Below, in pieces: positions 11,491-25,686 of a stretch of 64,000 nt of DNA. The DNA is from Stegostoma tigrinum (lineage: Eukaryota), in assembly GCF_030684315.1 (NCBI RefSeq), contig NC_081363.1:82979678-83043677 (forward strand). Direction: 5' to 3'. The position numbers were made by a program, and so were the translations under genes. Numbering within the stretch: position 1 is the first letter of the stretch; each line of letters opens with the position of its first letter. Below the pieces are notes generated by a model. The model was given only the letters and a program-made list of their open reading frames with translations. It had not been told where the DNA came from and did no database searches.

Positions 11491-13737
11491 GCGCCAGCGC
11501 CCCCAAAATTGCTGTCTGCTGCAGCCCCCTGTAGTAAGGAGCAGATTTTCGCAGTGAATGGACACTTCTAGTTTTGCTGCCCTTGTCTGGATTTGAATAC
11601 ACTCCTCAGCGTCGTCATTCTGAGAAGACGTCAAATCGGCGTCAAACCCAACGCTCATGTCTCAAACGTAAAGATTGTCCTGTAGTAGTCCCTGGTAATG
11701 GCTTCAGTGCAGCATTCCTAATGTAGTTGAGCGGGTATCTCTCCAGTACTTCTCGACCAGGAGCTATCAAATACAAGAAGCAGGCAAAGGCGGGGTGGGG
11801 GGCAGGGATTTTGGGCACGCTGGTGATGGGGTACTGTCACCCTCTTCTATCAGACACCATCAAAAGTTGGAAAAACTGCTGTTTTTAATCTTCTCCAACT
11901 TGACCAAGTTATAATATTGTGGCTGGGCAACCTAAATACCTTATTCGTTCAGCAGAGGGGTTGCGGAGGTTGCGGGCGGACGGAGATGGGGATGGGGGAT
12001 GTTGCTGTTCAGAAGCTGCTGCTTCCCCAGGCCTACTCAGTGTAATACCACTTTGGCAATGACAAGTTAATGCAAGCTGTGAAGTTATGGCATGCAAAGA
12101 ATTGCTGAGGCCAGTGGGCCTTCGGAACGTGTGTAACAGCAGCTGAACTGGGAGTTGCTTGCTAATGATCACTGAAAGTGGTGAAAATACCAAGCTTAGT
12201 TAAGTTCGCGATTCCCACACAGCAGAATATGTCAGCAGAGCTGACTTTACAACCAACTAAAATTACAAGGTCAAGCAGCCTTGACCTTCGGACTTAGTAT
12301 AATTAGATTGTTTTATTTATTGAAACGCGAGCTGCTGCCTTGTTTATTTCTCTCTAATCTCAGAAATATACTTCCCTCTACAGCTGGGCTATCTCTTCAT
12401 TTCCATGTGTTTTAATCTTTTAACATTGCACTTGCTTATGTTTTTTTCAAACTGAGAATTAGGAAATTAGTGAACTGAAATGAGGGAATTGAGGAAGCTG
12501 AAGCAACAATAATGTTAGAGTGAAAACATCAGAAACAGTTGGAGGCGGGGCCAGTAGCTGGGTAAATCGAGACACACGTTAATCACTACATCACTCAGAG
12601 ATGTCCTTCAGCGGACGTGGCGAGAGACGCCTAAGTTACACTCACTAACCATAAGACCATAAGACATAGGAGTGGAAGTAAGGCCATTCGGCCCATCGAG
12701 TCCACACCGCTATTTAATCATGGCTGATGGGCATTTCAACTCCACTTACTCGCACTCTCCTCCCAGCCCTTAATTCTTTGCGAGATCAAGAATTTATCAA
12801 TCTCTGCCTTGAAGACATTTAACGTCCCGGCCTCCACGACCTCTCACAATTCATGCTTGGTATATTTAAGGCAGAAATCAATAAACTTGTAAAACATAAA
12901 GAGAAATGAAAATAATGTGGGGGGCGGGGATGAAGACGTTGAGGAAGAAGGCCAGCTATGATTTAGTTAAATGGCAAAAGAGGCTTGGGGTACCAAATAG
13001 TTAACTCCTACGCCTCCCTTTCCTTGTTTCTACGTTCGTACGAATGAACAGTGAGCCTCTAGCAGAGCGCATCACACTGTTTTTGCTACATTGGTCGCAG
13101 CTGGCAACCCAAGTCTTCGTGTTCGCAGTTCATTATCCATATTCACTTGACCACGCGCTGTCATAATATAGATTCCACAGTTTCATTGCCCCTTAATTAT
13201 TACACTGCATTGTTAATGGACCATTGTCTACAACTTAACATTCACACTCAACATTCGACTGTGCGTTCACATTGCACTGATAACTACTCACTCCTGTGAA
13301 CGTAGGAAGTAGGAAAAGGTGTAGGCCACTTGCCCCTTGAGTTTCCTTTACCATTTAACTAATTCATGCTGGCCTTCTTCTTATATAATATTTTCCTGCA
13401 TTATATCCATTTCTCCTGATATTTTAAATTCTAAATATTTGTCAATTTTTCTCTTCAGTATAGCAAATAACTGGACATCCACTTATCTTTGGAATAGAGA
13501 ATTCTAAAGATTTATAACACAGAGATCAATAAATTCCTCCTCATGTCAGCCTATGTATGTATATATTGTCCAGCAATTATTCTGAGATTGTGTCCCTCTC
13601 CCCTAGGCAAGAAAGCATCCTGCATCTATCCCCTCGAGCCTTATAAAAATGTTTTTGCTTCAAAGATATTACCTCTCATTCTTTGAAACTCGAGAGAATA
13701 CAGGCTCAGTCTCCTTAATATTTTCTCATGCATTAAT

Positions 13738-14253
13738 CCACCATTCATGACAAATGACAACACCTTCCAGTTACGAACCACTTCAATCTCTGCCCCCCCC
13801 CCACCCCCAAATCCCTGGACGACATGTCCATCCTGGGCCTCCGAAATTTTCACAATGACACCACCCAGAAACTGAAGGAGCTGTACCTCTCTCAATGTGG
13901 ACTTTACTAGCTTCAAAATCTCCCTACCCCCCGACCTCTTCCCAAGACCAACCCTCCCCCATCCCTGCCTCCCTGACATGTCTATCTTCTCTCCCACCTA
14001 CCTGCTCCTCCCACCGCACTGACCAATCCCCATACTCTGTAGTGTGCATTCACCTATCACCATCCCACCTTCCTTCCCCAGCCCAACCCCCCCATTTATT
14101 TCATACCCCTCTTCCACTCCCCCCTTTTCTAAAGAAGGGTCCCAACCCAAATGGCAACTTTCCTGCTCTTCTGATGCTGCCTGGCCTGTTGTGTTCCTCT
14201 AGCTACACACTGTGTTATCTCATATTCCAGCATCAGCAGTTCTTATGATCTCT
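13738..14253 (+). mobile_element. Penelope-like element 3' fragment
   Basis: Homologous to the GIY-YIG C-terminus (aatgtggactttactagcttcaaaatctcc), C-rich UTR, degenerate hammerhead and tail (cagcatcagcagttcttatgatctct). Confidence 0.8.
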
Positions 14254-17224
14254 CCAGAAGAGTCATAGAAGTTTCGCAGCATAGAAAGATGCCCTTTGGC
14301 CCATTGTATCTTCGTCAGTCATCAAATATCCAATCCCATTTTTGAGCATAGCCTTATATGTTCTGGTATTTCAAGTGTTCATCTAAATGTTCTGAAAATT
14401 AATGAGGATTTCTGTGGCTATTACCCTTTTTGGCACTGCAAATACAAGTCTGGGGGATTTTTTCTCCCTCAAATTCCCTCTAATACTCTTGCTTCTTATC
14501 TTGGCATATTGGAGTTCAGAAATGAATAATACATCATCTAGAAGAAGCCTTGCCACAATATTGTACAGAATGATCAGGATTATGTATATGTATTGAATAG
14601 ACTCTGTCTCCACTTGTCTTTTATTCCTTACCCCATCTCCCCAACCTCAGTTCTGCAGAAAAAGCAATGTTTTCCTAACTATTATCAGCTCTGAAGAAGG
14701 GTCACTGGACCCGAAATTTTAATTCTGGTTTCTCTCCACAGGTGAGGCCAGGCCTGCTGAAATTTTCCATTAATTTATGTTTTTGCTTCTGGTTTCTAGC
14801 ATCCACAGGTTCTTTCAGGTTACTTTGAGTAGGCCTCACATTTTTTCCATCGCATTTTCTATTGCCTTTCAGCAATTGCCAAAAAACTTTATGTACTCAA
14901 GCCCTGCACCGTGGACAGTCAATAATCTTTCATTGAACACTGAAGCTCAAAATTGTCCCTATCCCATGCATTAAATTAAAACATCATCATATGTTAAAAG
15001 GCTTTTTCATTCTTTGCATCTAGATACACTTTTTTTGTTATATCCAGAATCTAAAACTGTAACAGATCTCCCTCCCATCAAAAAATGGTGGGGATTGAAC
15101 ATGGAAGGAGGGGAACACAAAATGCCTCCAACATATCATTATCATATGCACCATTCCTATCATATCTTTCTGGAACACAACAGAACTTTCTTTCAGTGTA
15201 TTTTTCTTTTAATATTTTGCAAAGACCATGTATGTGCCACCTTTGCAACCCAAACTTTCTTCATCAAATTAGTAAAGTCTTAGGTGAAATGAAACAAGTT
15301 GATGTGACAGGAGTTATTTTGCAGGAGTTATACTGCATTGCCAATCTTCAACTCTTGCCTACAGCTTCCATCAAGTAAATAAGGCTATCATTGTGAATAT
15401 TAGTCGACCACAGTCTTCCCTCCAATCAACAGAATAATCTCAGACTTCATCATACTATTTGATATACAAACAAGATGATCCCTTGGCACAGGTCGAATTG
15501 TATTGGGTTGCCTAAGTGGACACCATCTGGAGCTACAACTGAACTGAACTTTGCTCTTTGATATTGGCATCTTCAATGTCATCAAGGTATTGAACACAAA
15601 ATAAGTACAATTGGTTCAAGGTGCTCCTTTCAGCCATGCCTCGCCCCAGGAATCTATCCTAACTATCTTGAGGAATGCTTTGATAGCCCATGTCATGCCT
15701 TTGTTAGTTATGAGAGTTTGAAAATAAAATTCTCTAATGCAACTACAGTTGTCCACAACTTTCTTTCTATTGACTGTTTAATCTTTCTAATGACAGCTCT
15801 TGTTGACTTTGATGATCATATGCCTGCTTGCATTTCATTGGTGAATGGTGGGTCGGGGAAAGATATTTTACCCTAGTTGCACAAAACAAATTCTGATCAC
15901 ATCTGAGTAAATTTTATATACGAACAAGTAGCCTTTTCACCTGGTTCTTTCTTGGGAATTTCCTCTGCATTGGGGCGTGCAGTGGTCCCCACCTTATGAA
16001 CAGTTATGGGTAATATCAACCTTCGGTAGAACGTTGATTGGTCAATCGTCTTGTCCAATCTTTTTTAATGTAACTTATGGAAGTTTATTTTGTATAGAGA
16101 TGAAAACTTGAGTAAAATGTAACATTCTGAGTGTATCATTGCAACCAAAAAGTACAGTGCATCCACCTTTGCAAAATATATTTCAGAGGAAACATTCAAC
16201 TACTTGGGGAAAGTGGATATTGAACCATAGAGCACACTGTTACAATGAGAACGGATCTACATATAGCTATTTATAGGGCTTCCATGCAAAAAGCTCCATT
16301 TGTTTCTTGTTAAAGGCTTATTGTTTGCTTAATGCTACAACTGATTAGACATAGATTGCAAAAGCAAAATACACAAGATTGTATGAGATTGAATTCTGCT
16401 AAAGCTTTAAACTGACCTCAGTGTCATTGTCATTGTCATTGTAATACCGAAACAGGTGAGAAGACGAATTGAAACAAAGTAACACAGTACCAGTGTTTTA
16501 TCCGGTACGTATTCTCTTTAGAGTCAAAAAATAGATAATGTTATTGCAGCACAGCAGTTTACTCACACGGACATATGAGCTTGTACAGTTTTTTTTAGGC
16601 AGTTTATTTATGGCTACCTCAAGGCCAAATTAGGCATCACAACGCACGCAAGGAGACAGCACACACTTCAAAGCGATTTCTGCCTCAAAGCAAATATATT
16701 GCAAGTATTAAGAGAAATTAAAATAAATAATTCTGCTTCTCACCGACGTGTATGACTGTTAACACGTAAATAATTGGATTTGTTTTTGTTTTTGAATGCA
16801 CACTATCTGCACTTTTGTGAATGGGTTTATCCAACTTCACGCAAAGGAAATTATCCAACGTTTGATGAACAACAGGCACAAGGTAGGCAAGCTTTCTCCC
16901 CCGCAATCAGAGCCACATAATTTATAACTGCTCGTGAATGCCCACTGCGTATGTCATTTAAGTTATTAAGGAGGTAGACAAGGATTATTTCAGGCACTGA
17001 CGGATAGCTAAGTTGTTTGAAGGTGAACTTGTTAGTCCTGTTTCAAAACATATATTAACCACTCATAAGTAAGCAACACGCAATTCAATCTGAGCAGAGA
17101 TATAAGAGACATAATGTATAGCCATTGACCTATTAGCTTAATTTGTTCCTTAATGTGGATAATTCATAGGATAGCAATTTTATTCCAATTGTACTAAAAT
17201 GTGTACCAGTTGGCTTAATGTCAA

Positions 17225-18110
17225 ATAGAAATATAGTAAAGTTGGGCCACGGAAGGAGTCTATTCATCCCATTGTGTCCATACCGGTGGAGGATTTATCT
17301 AACTTATTCCACCCTCTCTTGGGTCAAGCCCTGTAGGCCTCCGCACACTAAAAATGAATCTAAGGCTTTATTTACAAATGTGTTAAGGGTTTCTGCCTCC
17401 ATCGATCTCTCTGACACTGAGCTTACAACTACCACCCCACCCTAAGAGTACCATCCTCTAATCTTTCTCCCCATCAGTACCAGTCTATGGGATCTGTTAA
17501 TTTGACACTTTGCTGAGGGAAACATATCCCTCTTATTGAGACTGCACCTCAGTTAACCTTCCCTATTCTCCTGCATTCCAAAAAGAGTAAACCAAACAAT
17601 CGTTCCTAAAAGCTAATATTCACCATTCTTTCCTGTATCCTTGCAAATTTCCTCCACGCTCTCTCTCGTGAAATCGTATTTTCCAACAATGAGTTGAGCA
17701 CATATTTTCACAGTACATTAGCTATTGTCTAACTAGTATTTAACATGATTCTAGCATAACCTCTCTGCTCTTATGGCCTAGGCTTCACCCAATAAAACGA
17801 AGTCTGCAGTATAAATTCCCAATCACCGAATTACCTTATCTTCTATTGCAAAAATCTATTGGCATGGACTCCACCATTCCACATCCCTGTAATTCTCATA
17901 ATCCTACCAGTTATTCTATATTGGCAGTCTTGATGGTCTCTCCCAAGTGCATTGTCACATATTTTTCTCGATGAATTCCTTCTGACACATTTTTGCCAAA
18001 CTGACTGCTCCATTGCTAGCTCTCTTCAGTCTACAACATGTTTTTTTTATTAGCCCCAAAGAGACAACTTTCATATCATCTGCAAACTTCCTACTCACTC
18101 CCTCTACATT
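17225..18110 (-). mobile_element. CR1 3' fragment
   Basis: Antisense tcatctgcaaactt (KFADD) at ~18077 through to the 3' tail at ~17230. Confidence 0.7.
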
Positions 18111-18410
18111 AAAGTCTCAAGCAATGACTAGAATTGAGTCCAGTAGTACAGTACATGAAACTCTAGCACAAGAATATTTGCTGTGACAATAGGAGGGCTT
18201 TGAGCAATTCTAAATTTGCACGGGTGTCCCCATGAGGAGGTGGAGGCATGAAATGTTGGGTGAATGGAATCTAGTTACAGTTATCTATCAAGGCAACCGC
18301 AAAATTAGTTGGGTGAGTGGTTTGGTTATTCAATGGGCCAGAAAGTACTTTCTGCTTCTTGATTGGGACCTTGAGAGCTTCTATCATAAACAAAGAGAAG
18401 TGGAGATTAA

Positions 18411-18592
18411 AATCCAAAATAACAACAGATGCTGCAAATCAGAAACAAAGGTAGAGATTGCTGGAAAATCTCAGTAGGTCTGGCAGTATCTGTGAAGTGG
18501 ATTCAGAGTTAATGTTTCGAGTCCAGTGACTCTTTCCCCGTTCTTATGACGGGTCATTGGAGCCGAAATGTTATCTCCGATTTCTCCACACG
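18411..18592. mobile_element. Miniature fold-back element of a second PLE family
   Basis: Tail ttgctggaaaatctcagtaggtctggcag...gtttcgagtccagtgac, then inverted gggtcattggagccgaaatg; TSD gtggagattaa at 18400-18410 and 18593-18603. Related copies at ~3731-3832, 14686-14816, 40222-40303, 41812-41931, 43960-44078, 45027-45165 and 53250-53291. Confidence 0.75.
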
Positions 18593-20499
18593 GTGGAGAT
18601 TAACTGCGACTTCAACCCCAAAGTCAGTTTTCTAAACTTGGAAGATTTTCTCATGGGCAGTTTTAGTTTGGATGCCCAAATTATCTCAACCAGCATTCAA
18701 ACTACTTCTTCATTTGGTAGAGTTGCTTCTGCAGTTACTTGTTTATCCAATCGCCTTTGTCCACAGCAAAACCAGAACTTCTTCTCACACAGGTTATATC
18801 ACAGACAAATGGCAAAGGCACAACAGTCTTCCTTTATATCTGTGCCACATAGACGTGAACACATATGGCACACTATGGATTTAGTTATTCAATGCCAGAT
18901 ATGGATGGATAGCTTCTGTTAAACTCTTGCTCCTTTGTTCTTACGCTTTGTAATAAAAAAAACTTTCATACTGTGAGTGCCACTAGCAAGCCCAGTATTT
19001 TCTGTCAACCCACTCGCTAACCTATAAAATATTTCATCCTTGCAATTTCTGCCCGTGTGGGAATGTTGGGACGCTTCACTTACCTTGACGGACCGTGTAT
19101 GCAGGAAGTGTCACCAGCTACTTCAAATTGAGTTCAGCATTTCGCTAGCCATAGTCAGACAGCATGGAAACAAGCGCTTTGATCCAATTAGACACCAAAA
19201 ATGTTCCCAAACTAAACTTGTCCCACTTGCCCGTATCTCGCTCAAATCCCTCCAAGCTTTTTCTATTCATATACTTATCCAAATGTTTATAAAGGCTGTA
19301 ACGGCATTTACATCTCTCACTTCCTCTGTCAGTTCATTCCACGCATGAACCACTCTCTGCGTAAAAACTTTGCGCTACGTATCCTTTTTAAAACTTTCAC
19401 CTCTCATCTTAAAAATATGCCCCCAGTTATGAGCTCCCCCACACTAGAGAAAAGACCCTTGATATTCACTTTTTCATTACTTCTCATGATTTTACAAACC
19501 TCTAAAAGGTCACCCCTCGACATCCTATGCTCCAATGTCATTATGAAGCATGCAGGAGGACGTGTGCTTCCTGGATCACATGTTCTAGGAGACTGAAATC
19601 CCACAGGCAGTAAGAATTAAGGTTCATAGATGTTTAGACATCAGGAAGAATAGGAAGAGACTGGGAGTATAAGAATTATCAAAGTATGGACTACTTTGAA
19701 ATACGTATTCAAATTGGAGACTGATAGAAGTGACAACAACTTGAAGTGCACTACAGAGCATGACGCTAATGGTCAAAGGTCTATACAGAAGTGAACAAAA
19801 AAATCGAAATGTGCAGTTCTTATCTGGCAACTGGAAATTAAGGGGACATGAAATCATTGATATAAGTATCGTTGTGAGTCCTTCACAGTAGCTGTTTCCT
19901 GGTACAAGTCTAACGAATGTTTGGAAGTTATTACAGAATAGTTTGCAGGAGAAGGCACTGTACCGGAAGTAATGATACACTGTGACAAAGATATGATAAG
20001 TATTGTGATCCTAGTCAAGTTTTTTTTGAACTGGAGGATATTGAAAAAGCTGCAAATTGAAGAGTGCAATCTCTTAGGTCATTTCCACAGCATTTTGCTA
20101 ACAAGATGTGGAGACACAAATTCTACCTTAACACATGGTGTAAGAGGGACATTGTCAGATTGGAGTCACCAAAAAGGCCCTTCAGCCCATCAATATTCTT
20201 GGGGACTAGGGTAAATTCTGGGGTAAGAAGATCCAATCGAAAAGGGGTAAGATATATTCTTGTGTGGTGAACATCAAAATGTGAAGGTACACATAGTACA
20301 TATAAGAAGAATAAGAAGGTATGAGGGCCAATAGATTACAGTGCACATATGTAAATTTAGAAAATCTGGTAAATAATGTGAGTGATGGACAAGGTAGTGA
20401 ATATGATGCAGTGGAAATAATGGCTCTACGGTTGTAGCTCTGGAATATTCAGATTCAAGACATAAAGTGTTCAAGAAATATTGAAAAGCAAAACAGAAC

Positions 20500-22440
20500 A
20501 GTCATTGCAGTAGAGATAGTGGTCAGAAAGCCATTCGATGTTAAAAGAGGGGATTTCATTAAACAGAGAAAAACAGAATCTATTTGGTCACAGTTGAGAG
20601 GTTTAAAAGAGAATCTCTCTCCTGGTGCTGTTTAATATGCCCCAGATGGAGAGAGAGAGGAAGAGGGGCAAAACTGCAAGGACTTCACTGAGACATGTGA
20701 AAATTTTAGTTAAGATATTGGACGACTATTGGAAGATACCCGAATAGGACTAAGATAGCTGTATATGGATATTCATAATGCAAAGACATAACACGGAAAG
20801 AATTTCTGAAAGGTATTCAGGAGAAATTCCAGGATCCTTGTTCTCAGCCCAATTCGAGAGTAAGTATTGCTGGATCTATTACTAAGAAACCAACTGGCTT
20901 CATGAAGCAAGTATTGGTTAGGAAGGGGAATCTTGGCTAAGAGTGGCCATCATGTTAAAAAGTTAAAATTGGAGATGCAAAAGACATAGGAAATATCTAA
21001 ACAAAAGATCTAAATTAAAAGGAGTTAATTTTCTTGGGTGAGACGGAATCCGGTTTTGGGAAAACAGAATCAAAAACTGTCAGGAAAAGCTAATCGAGTA
21101 GTTGTAGTTCATTGGGGAAGACATGCTTCAGGGAGAAGTTTGGATCATTAACAGCAGGGGCAGAATGTATGGAATACAAAACTAGGGCTTCAAAATGACA
21201 AGGAAGATACAGAATGTGAGAAGGCAAAAGAAAGAGGGCTTTTGCCGGAGAGCACTTGAAAATATTAAGTTGTGGTGAACAATATTTTTCCAGACATGTA
21301 ACTGTACTGTTTTAATTCATTCACTCGTTTGTAATAATAATGACATTTATATTGGAATACAGAGTGTCATTTTAAATGTTACCAATCATACTAAATTTGA
21401 AGAAGTGGCAAATATTGACAGTGATAACAAATGACTACGACAGCACATTGATTGGTTTGTAACATGGAAAGACAAATGGCACCTGGAACTTAATAACCGT
21501 ACCATGAATTGTTTTAACGCAAGGGATGGGAAAGGTATCACAGACTTAATTATGGTGACCTAAATGGTGTGCAAAGGCAGAGGGACCGTGGGCTCATGTG
21601 TATTGAGTTTGAAGGTGGCAGGGCCTGCTGAAAGTGTGGTTGGTGAAGCAATGAGTCATCAGCTTCATACATAGAGGCATTGAACAGGAAAGCAGAGAGG
21701 TTTTTGCAGAACTTAAGTGAAAGAGTACTGTGTACTTGTACGCAACACACCTAAAGAAGGATGTGGTTTTCCATGAGACAGTGCAGAAGTGATTGACTAG
21801 AATAGTTCCAGGAATGGAAGTTTTAGACATGTGTTCAGGTCAGAGGTGCTGAGGTTGTTATCTTTGGGACAAATAGAGACCCAGGGAGATATAATAGAGG
21901 TGCACAGGATTATGATAGATTGGATAATGTAGGCAAGGAAAGCTGTTACAATTAGTTAATAGCGCGAAGCCTGTGGGGCACAAATGTAAAGTTATGATCG
22001 AGACATGGGAGGGTGTGAAAGAATGCTAAATTCACTGGATGAGTAAAAGAAAAAGTTGATGAATGGTTTAAAACATGATTTCTACATGGACTTTTTAAAG
22101 CATTTGACAAAGTAACCCTTAAAAGACTGATAATTGAAGTTGAGACTTGTGGAATAAAGGGGTCAATATCAATGTGAATCCAAAGAATTACACTTCAAAG
22201 CTCAAAACATCATATTATGGTGAGTGGTATTTTGTCAGACAGGTAAACCAGGAACTCAATGTGTATGAGAGTAGTTGAAGCAGAGTCAATAGCTAGTTAC
22301 AAAAGAAATTTGGATAGACATTTGTGGAACTTGAACGTGCAAGGCATGGGGCTTAGAGAGAGGAATAGGGCTGATGGGATTGAACCGCACAGTACTTGCA
22401 TAAACGCAATGGGTCTAATAGTGCTGTGGAACTCGATGCC
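20500..22440 (+). mobile_element. Decayed, rearranged CR1 LINE
   Basis: Endonuclease and RT remnants (atctatttgg..., catactaaatttga, tacatggactttttaaagcatttgacaaagta) and CR1 3' end. Confidence 0.7.
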
Positions 22441-24337
22441 TGTGACTGTACATTGTCCTGTCTCCTTGCCCCTCTGTTGGTTTAAGATCTGACTAAATAT
22501 CACCTTCTTTGATGTTTCATGCAGTTGTTTTTTGGTATGCTTCTTCATATGGCTCAGAGTCAAAGTGCAGTGAATTATATGAGGCGAATCTACATTAATG
22601 GAGCGACATACATGTAGGATGCTGTTGCTGATTAGAAAAACATGCATTGATGATGTTCACTTGCACTATGCAAAAATTTGCTGATCCCAATGAACCCATG
22701 GAATGTATATGTAACTTTAGTTGTGTTGGGAATTGCTTGTTGCCGACCACCACAAATAGCAGAAATTCCAAGCCCAGAACTGGAGCCAACAAAGGTTGCC
22801 AACACAACTGTCTTTGCAGTTATCTAACCTCATCTAACATTGCAAACATAAGTTGATTTGAAATGATAACATTATTTCATTGAATGTCAAATATATTTCG
22901 ATTATTGATTTTTTTTCAAACCATTCTGACATTCTTATCTGGACGCTTCATTAAGTGTTGTATCCATTATGGTTTCAATGTTGAAGTAGTGCCCTAATAT
23001 TGAGCCCTTGTTTTTGATTTTCTAGATCAGTCTATTTAAGGTATGTGGAATGTCAAAAACAAGAGAACCTGGAGGTTCAACAAATCAAGCTGAATGTGAG
23101 ATGGCAGACTCTCATCATGAAAGCATCATCGCATGGGCGTACGTTCAACATTATTGTCAAAGGAACTTGCCAGAGGAGCAGTATTTTGTGAAGACCATGA
23201 CTGGCCAGGCTTTATAGACAGTTTATCAGTCACACAGCGATAATACCCCATCACCCACATATTCTGTCATCATCTCATTGTTTTCTCACCATTGTCTGCA
23301 TTCCATAAGTGCACTGTCCATATCCTGTTGTCTAGACCCTATAATCTCTGCAGTCCTGCCACATCCATTGATGAATGGTGGTGCACAATTGAACACAGAC
23401 TGGAGGCGGAGTGTTGGCAAACATAACAATTCACAAGCATAGTGGTGCCTAGCGTGTCAGGACAATGAAGCATTTGCAATAATGTTCAGTCAGAAGTGCT
23501 GAGTGGATAACTCATCATGGCTTCCTCTAGAGGCTGCTGACATCACTGGTACCAGTCTTCAGCCAAATGGGTTCATTCCACATGAAATCAAGAAACAGCT
23601 GGAATCATTGGATACTGCAAAATCTATGGACGCTGACAGCATTTAGTTCACATTATGAAAACTTGCACCTCACAATTTGTCATGTCCTTAGCCAAATACA
23701 GCATGAATACTAACATCAATCTGACAATGTGGAAAATTGCACAATAAGCTAGAACAAGTACAACCCGGCCAGTTACCAGCCCATCAATCTGCCATGGCTC
23801 ATCATTAAAACATTGGAAAGTGTCATCTACAGTGCCATCAAGTACCCTTTCTGAGCAATAGCTTGTTTACAGTAGCTTAGTGTTGATTCTGTCAGAACCA
23901 CATAGATCTTAGACTCATTACAGATTTACTCCAACCATGGATGAAACATTTGAATTCCAGAAATGATGTGAGAATGACAGCCCTTGACATCAAATGCTGC
24001 ATTTGACCCAATTGTAATAGAAGGGATACTAAACAGAATTAGAGTCAAAGTAATATCATGGGTGAAGTCATACTGAGCACAAAGTAGCATGGTTGTTGAT
24101 GTAGTTTATCTGAATTCTAGGATGCCTCTGCAGTTTGTGAGAATAGTTACCTAGACCTAACCCTCTTCAGTACTTCCAACATAAGATCAGAAATAGGGAT
24201 GTTTGGTCATCTCTACAAGGCCAGTGGGAAATCATTAATTAATCTCCGTGTAGAGCTCAAAGGATATGAGTTGCATTTATGGCAGCTGATGGCTGGTCCA
24301 GCTAGAACTCATCACCTGAACCCTTTACGAAGACTCT

Positions 24338-24445
24338 TGTGGTGCAGTTGTAGTCCTTACATCTAAGTCAGGATGTTCGAGTTCAAGTCCCAATTGCTCC
24401 AGGGGAGTGTCACAACAGCTCTGAACACATTGATTAGAAAATAGT
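24338..24445 (+). mobile_element. Second tRNA-derived SINE head (partial minus copies at ~1413-1475 and ~53425-53482)
   Basis: tgtggtgcagttgtag (A box)...gagttcaagtcc (B box)...tctgaacacattgattagaaaata. Confidence 0.6.
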
Positions 24446-25134
24446 TTCCATCCCAGCCTGGATCTAGCTCATGTATGGCACACATAATGGCTCTATTTTG
24501 ATGTTCAGCAATAAATAATGCTCCTTTCCAGTTGGGCTTCCTGAGTTGTTCCACGGTGTTTGCTAATTAATGAATAATTTCATCATCAGTCATGGCTCCT
24601 GAGATATTGAAGCAGTCCATGTCCAAGCGTTACATGATCTGGACAATATCCAGGATTGAGTTGAAAAATGCCACACAAGTACGAGGCACTGGCCATCTCT
24701 ATCATGAGAGAACATGCCATCATCCCTTGACATTCAATGGTGTTGCCATCACTGCTTCACCACTGCCAACACCATGCAAGTTTCATTGATCAGGAAATGA
24801 TCCAGCCATAAATGTCCGATGGTTACAAGAGCATTATAGAGGCGAGGAATACTACAGTGAGTGACTCATCTCCTGAATCTTCAAATACTGTCCATAATAT
24901 ACAATGGACAAATCAGGAGTATGATGGAATGCTCCCCACTTGACTGGATGAGAGCAGTTCCAACAATACTAAAGAAGCTTGACACCATCCTTGACAGGTT
25001 GGTTGATTGGAACAACATTCACAAATATGCATTCCCTCTACTACTGACACCCACTGGAAACAATATGAGCCATACACAAGGTGCTGAACAGAAATTCACC
25101 TCTACTCCTTAGACAGCACCTTACAATTCAGGAT

Positions 25135-25686
25135 CACCCCGACACACAATGTAATCATCCTTTCCACCCAATACCAACCCCTCTAATACAGTCTCACACA
25201 CATTCACTACAGTTAGTCCTAAAAGCGTATGTGAAAATTGGCAGCAGCATATCAAACCATGACAGAATAAAAGAGAAATATGCCCATGAGAAAATAGCAG
25301 CAATGCTGTCAGTGATAGTTGGTTCCCTTGTTTCTAAATCCGGCTGTATTCCAATCAATTTATTTACAACAATATTTAATAATGGAAAAGCTAAAGAAAT
25401 TTGCTCGGACGACCTTGTTCTTGATCAGTCAATTAAGCACAATTTTTGCCTTCTGCACTAAAATATGAAGTAAGGATATTGGCAGCCAATGTGGGCTTCA
25501 AGTTAATGGTACTATAATTCAGAGTACTGTTAACAACTAATTGAACTGATCGGGCCAAGGGTATATGTAATGATGCCTTGTTGGTCACAGGGTGGTTGGG
25601 GATGGAAGGATTATAAGTGGGATCACTTTGTTAATCACTCAGTTTTATCCTGGAAGCTAAATCCCGTTGGTTCCCTATGCCTGGTA
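25135..25686 (+). repeat. 552-bp direct duplication, copy 1
   Basis: Appears identical by eye to 27317-27868 (offset 2182). Confidence 0.93.

Noticed and set aside
11452-11658. Minus-strand ORF MSVGFDADLTSSQNDDAEE... as a possible fourth methyltransferase exon 1
   Set aside because: It lacks the CGxxLKI and GVSAYVW motifs and a matching donor, runs into a CR1 remnant, and I found no exon 2/3 homolog between 1400 and 33400.
15560-15876. ~100-codon stop-free frame on + and a YLDD-containing stretch on -
   Set aside because: No recognisable homology; other frames are broken by stops. It may be a decayed element; tblastx would be needed.
25081-25461. 126-aa ORF repeated at 27254-27643
   Set aside because: Identity comes from the DNA duplication; non-ATG starts, different N-termini and no recognisable domain.
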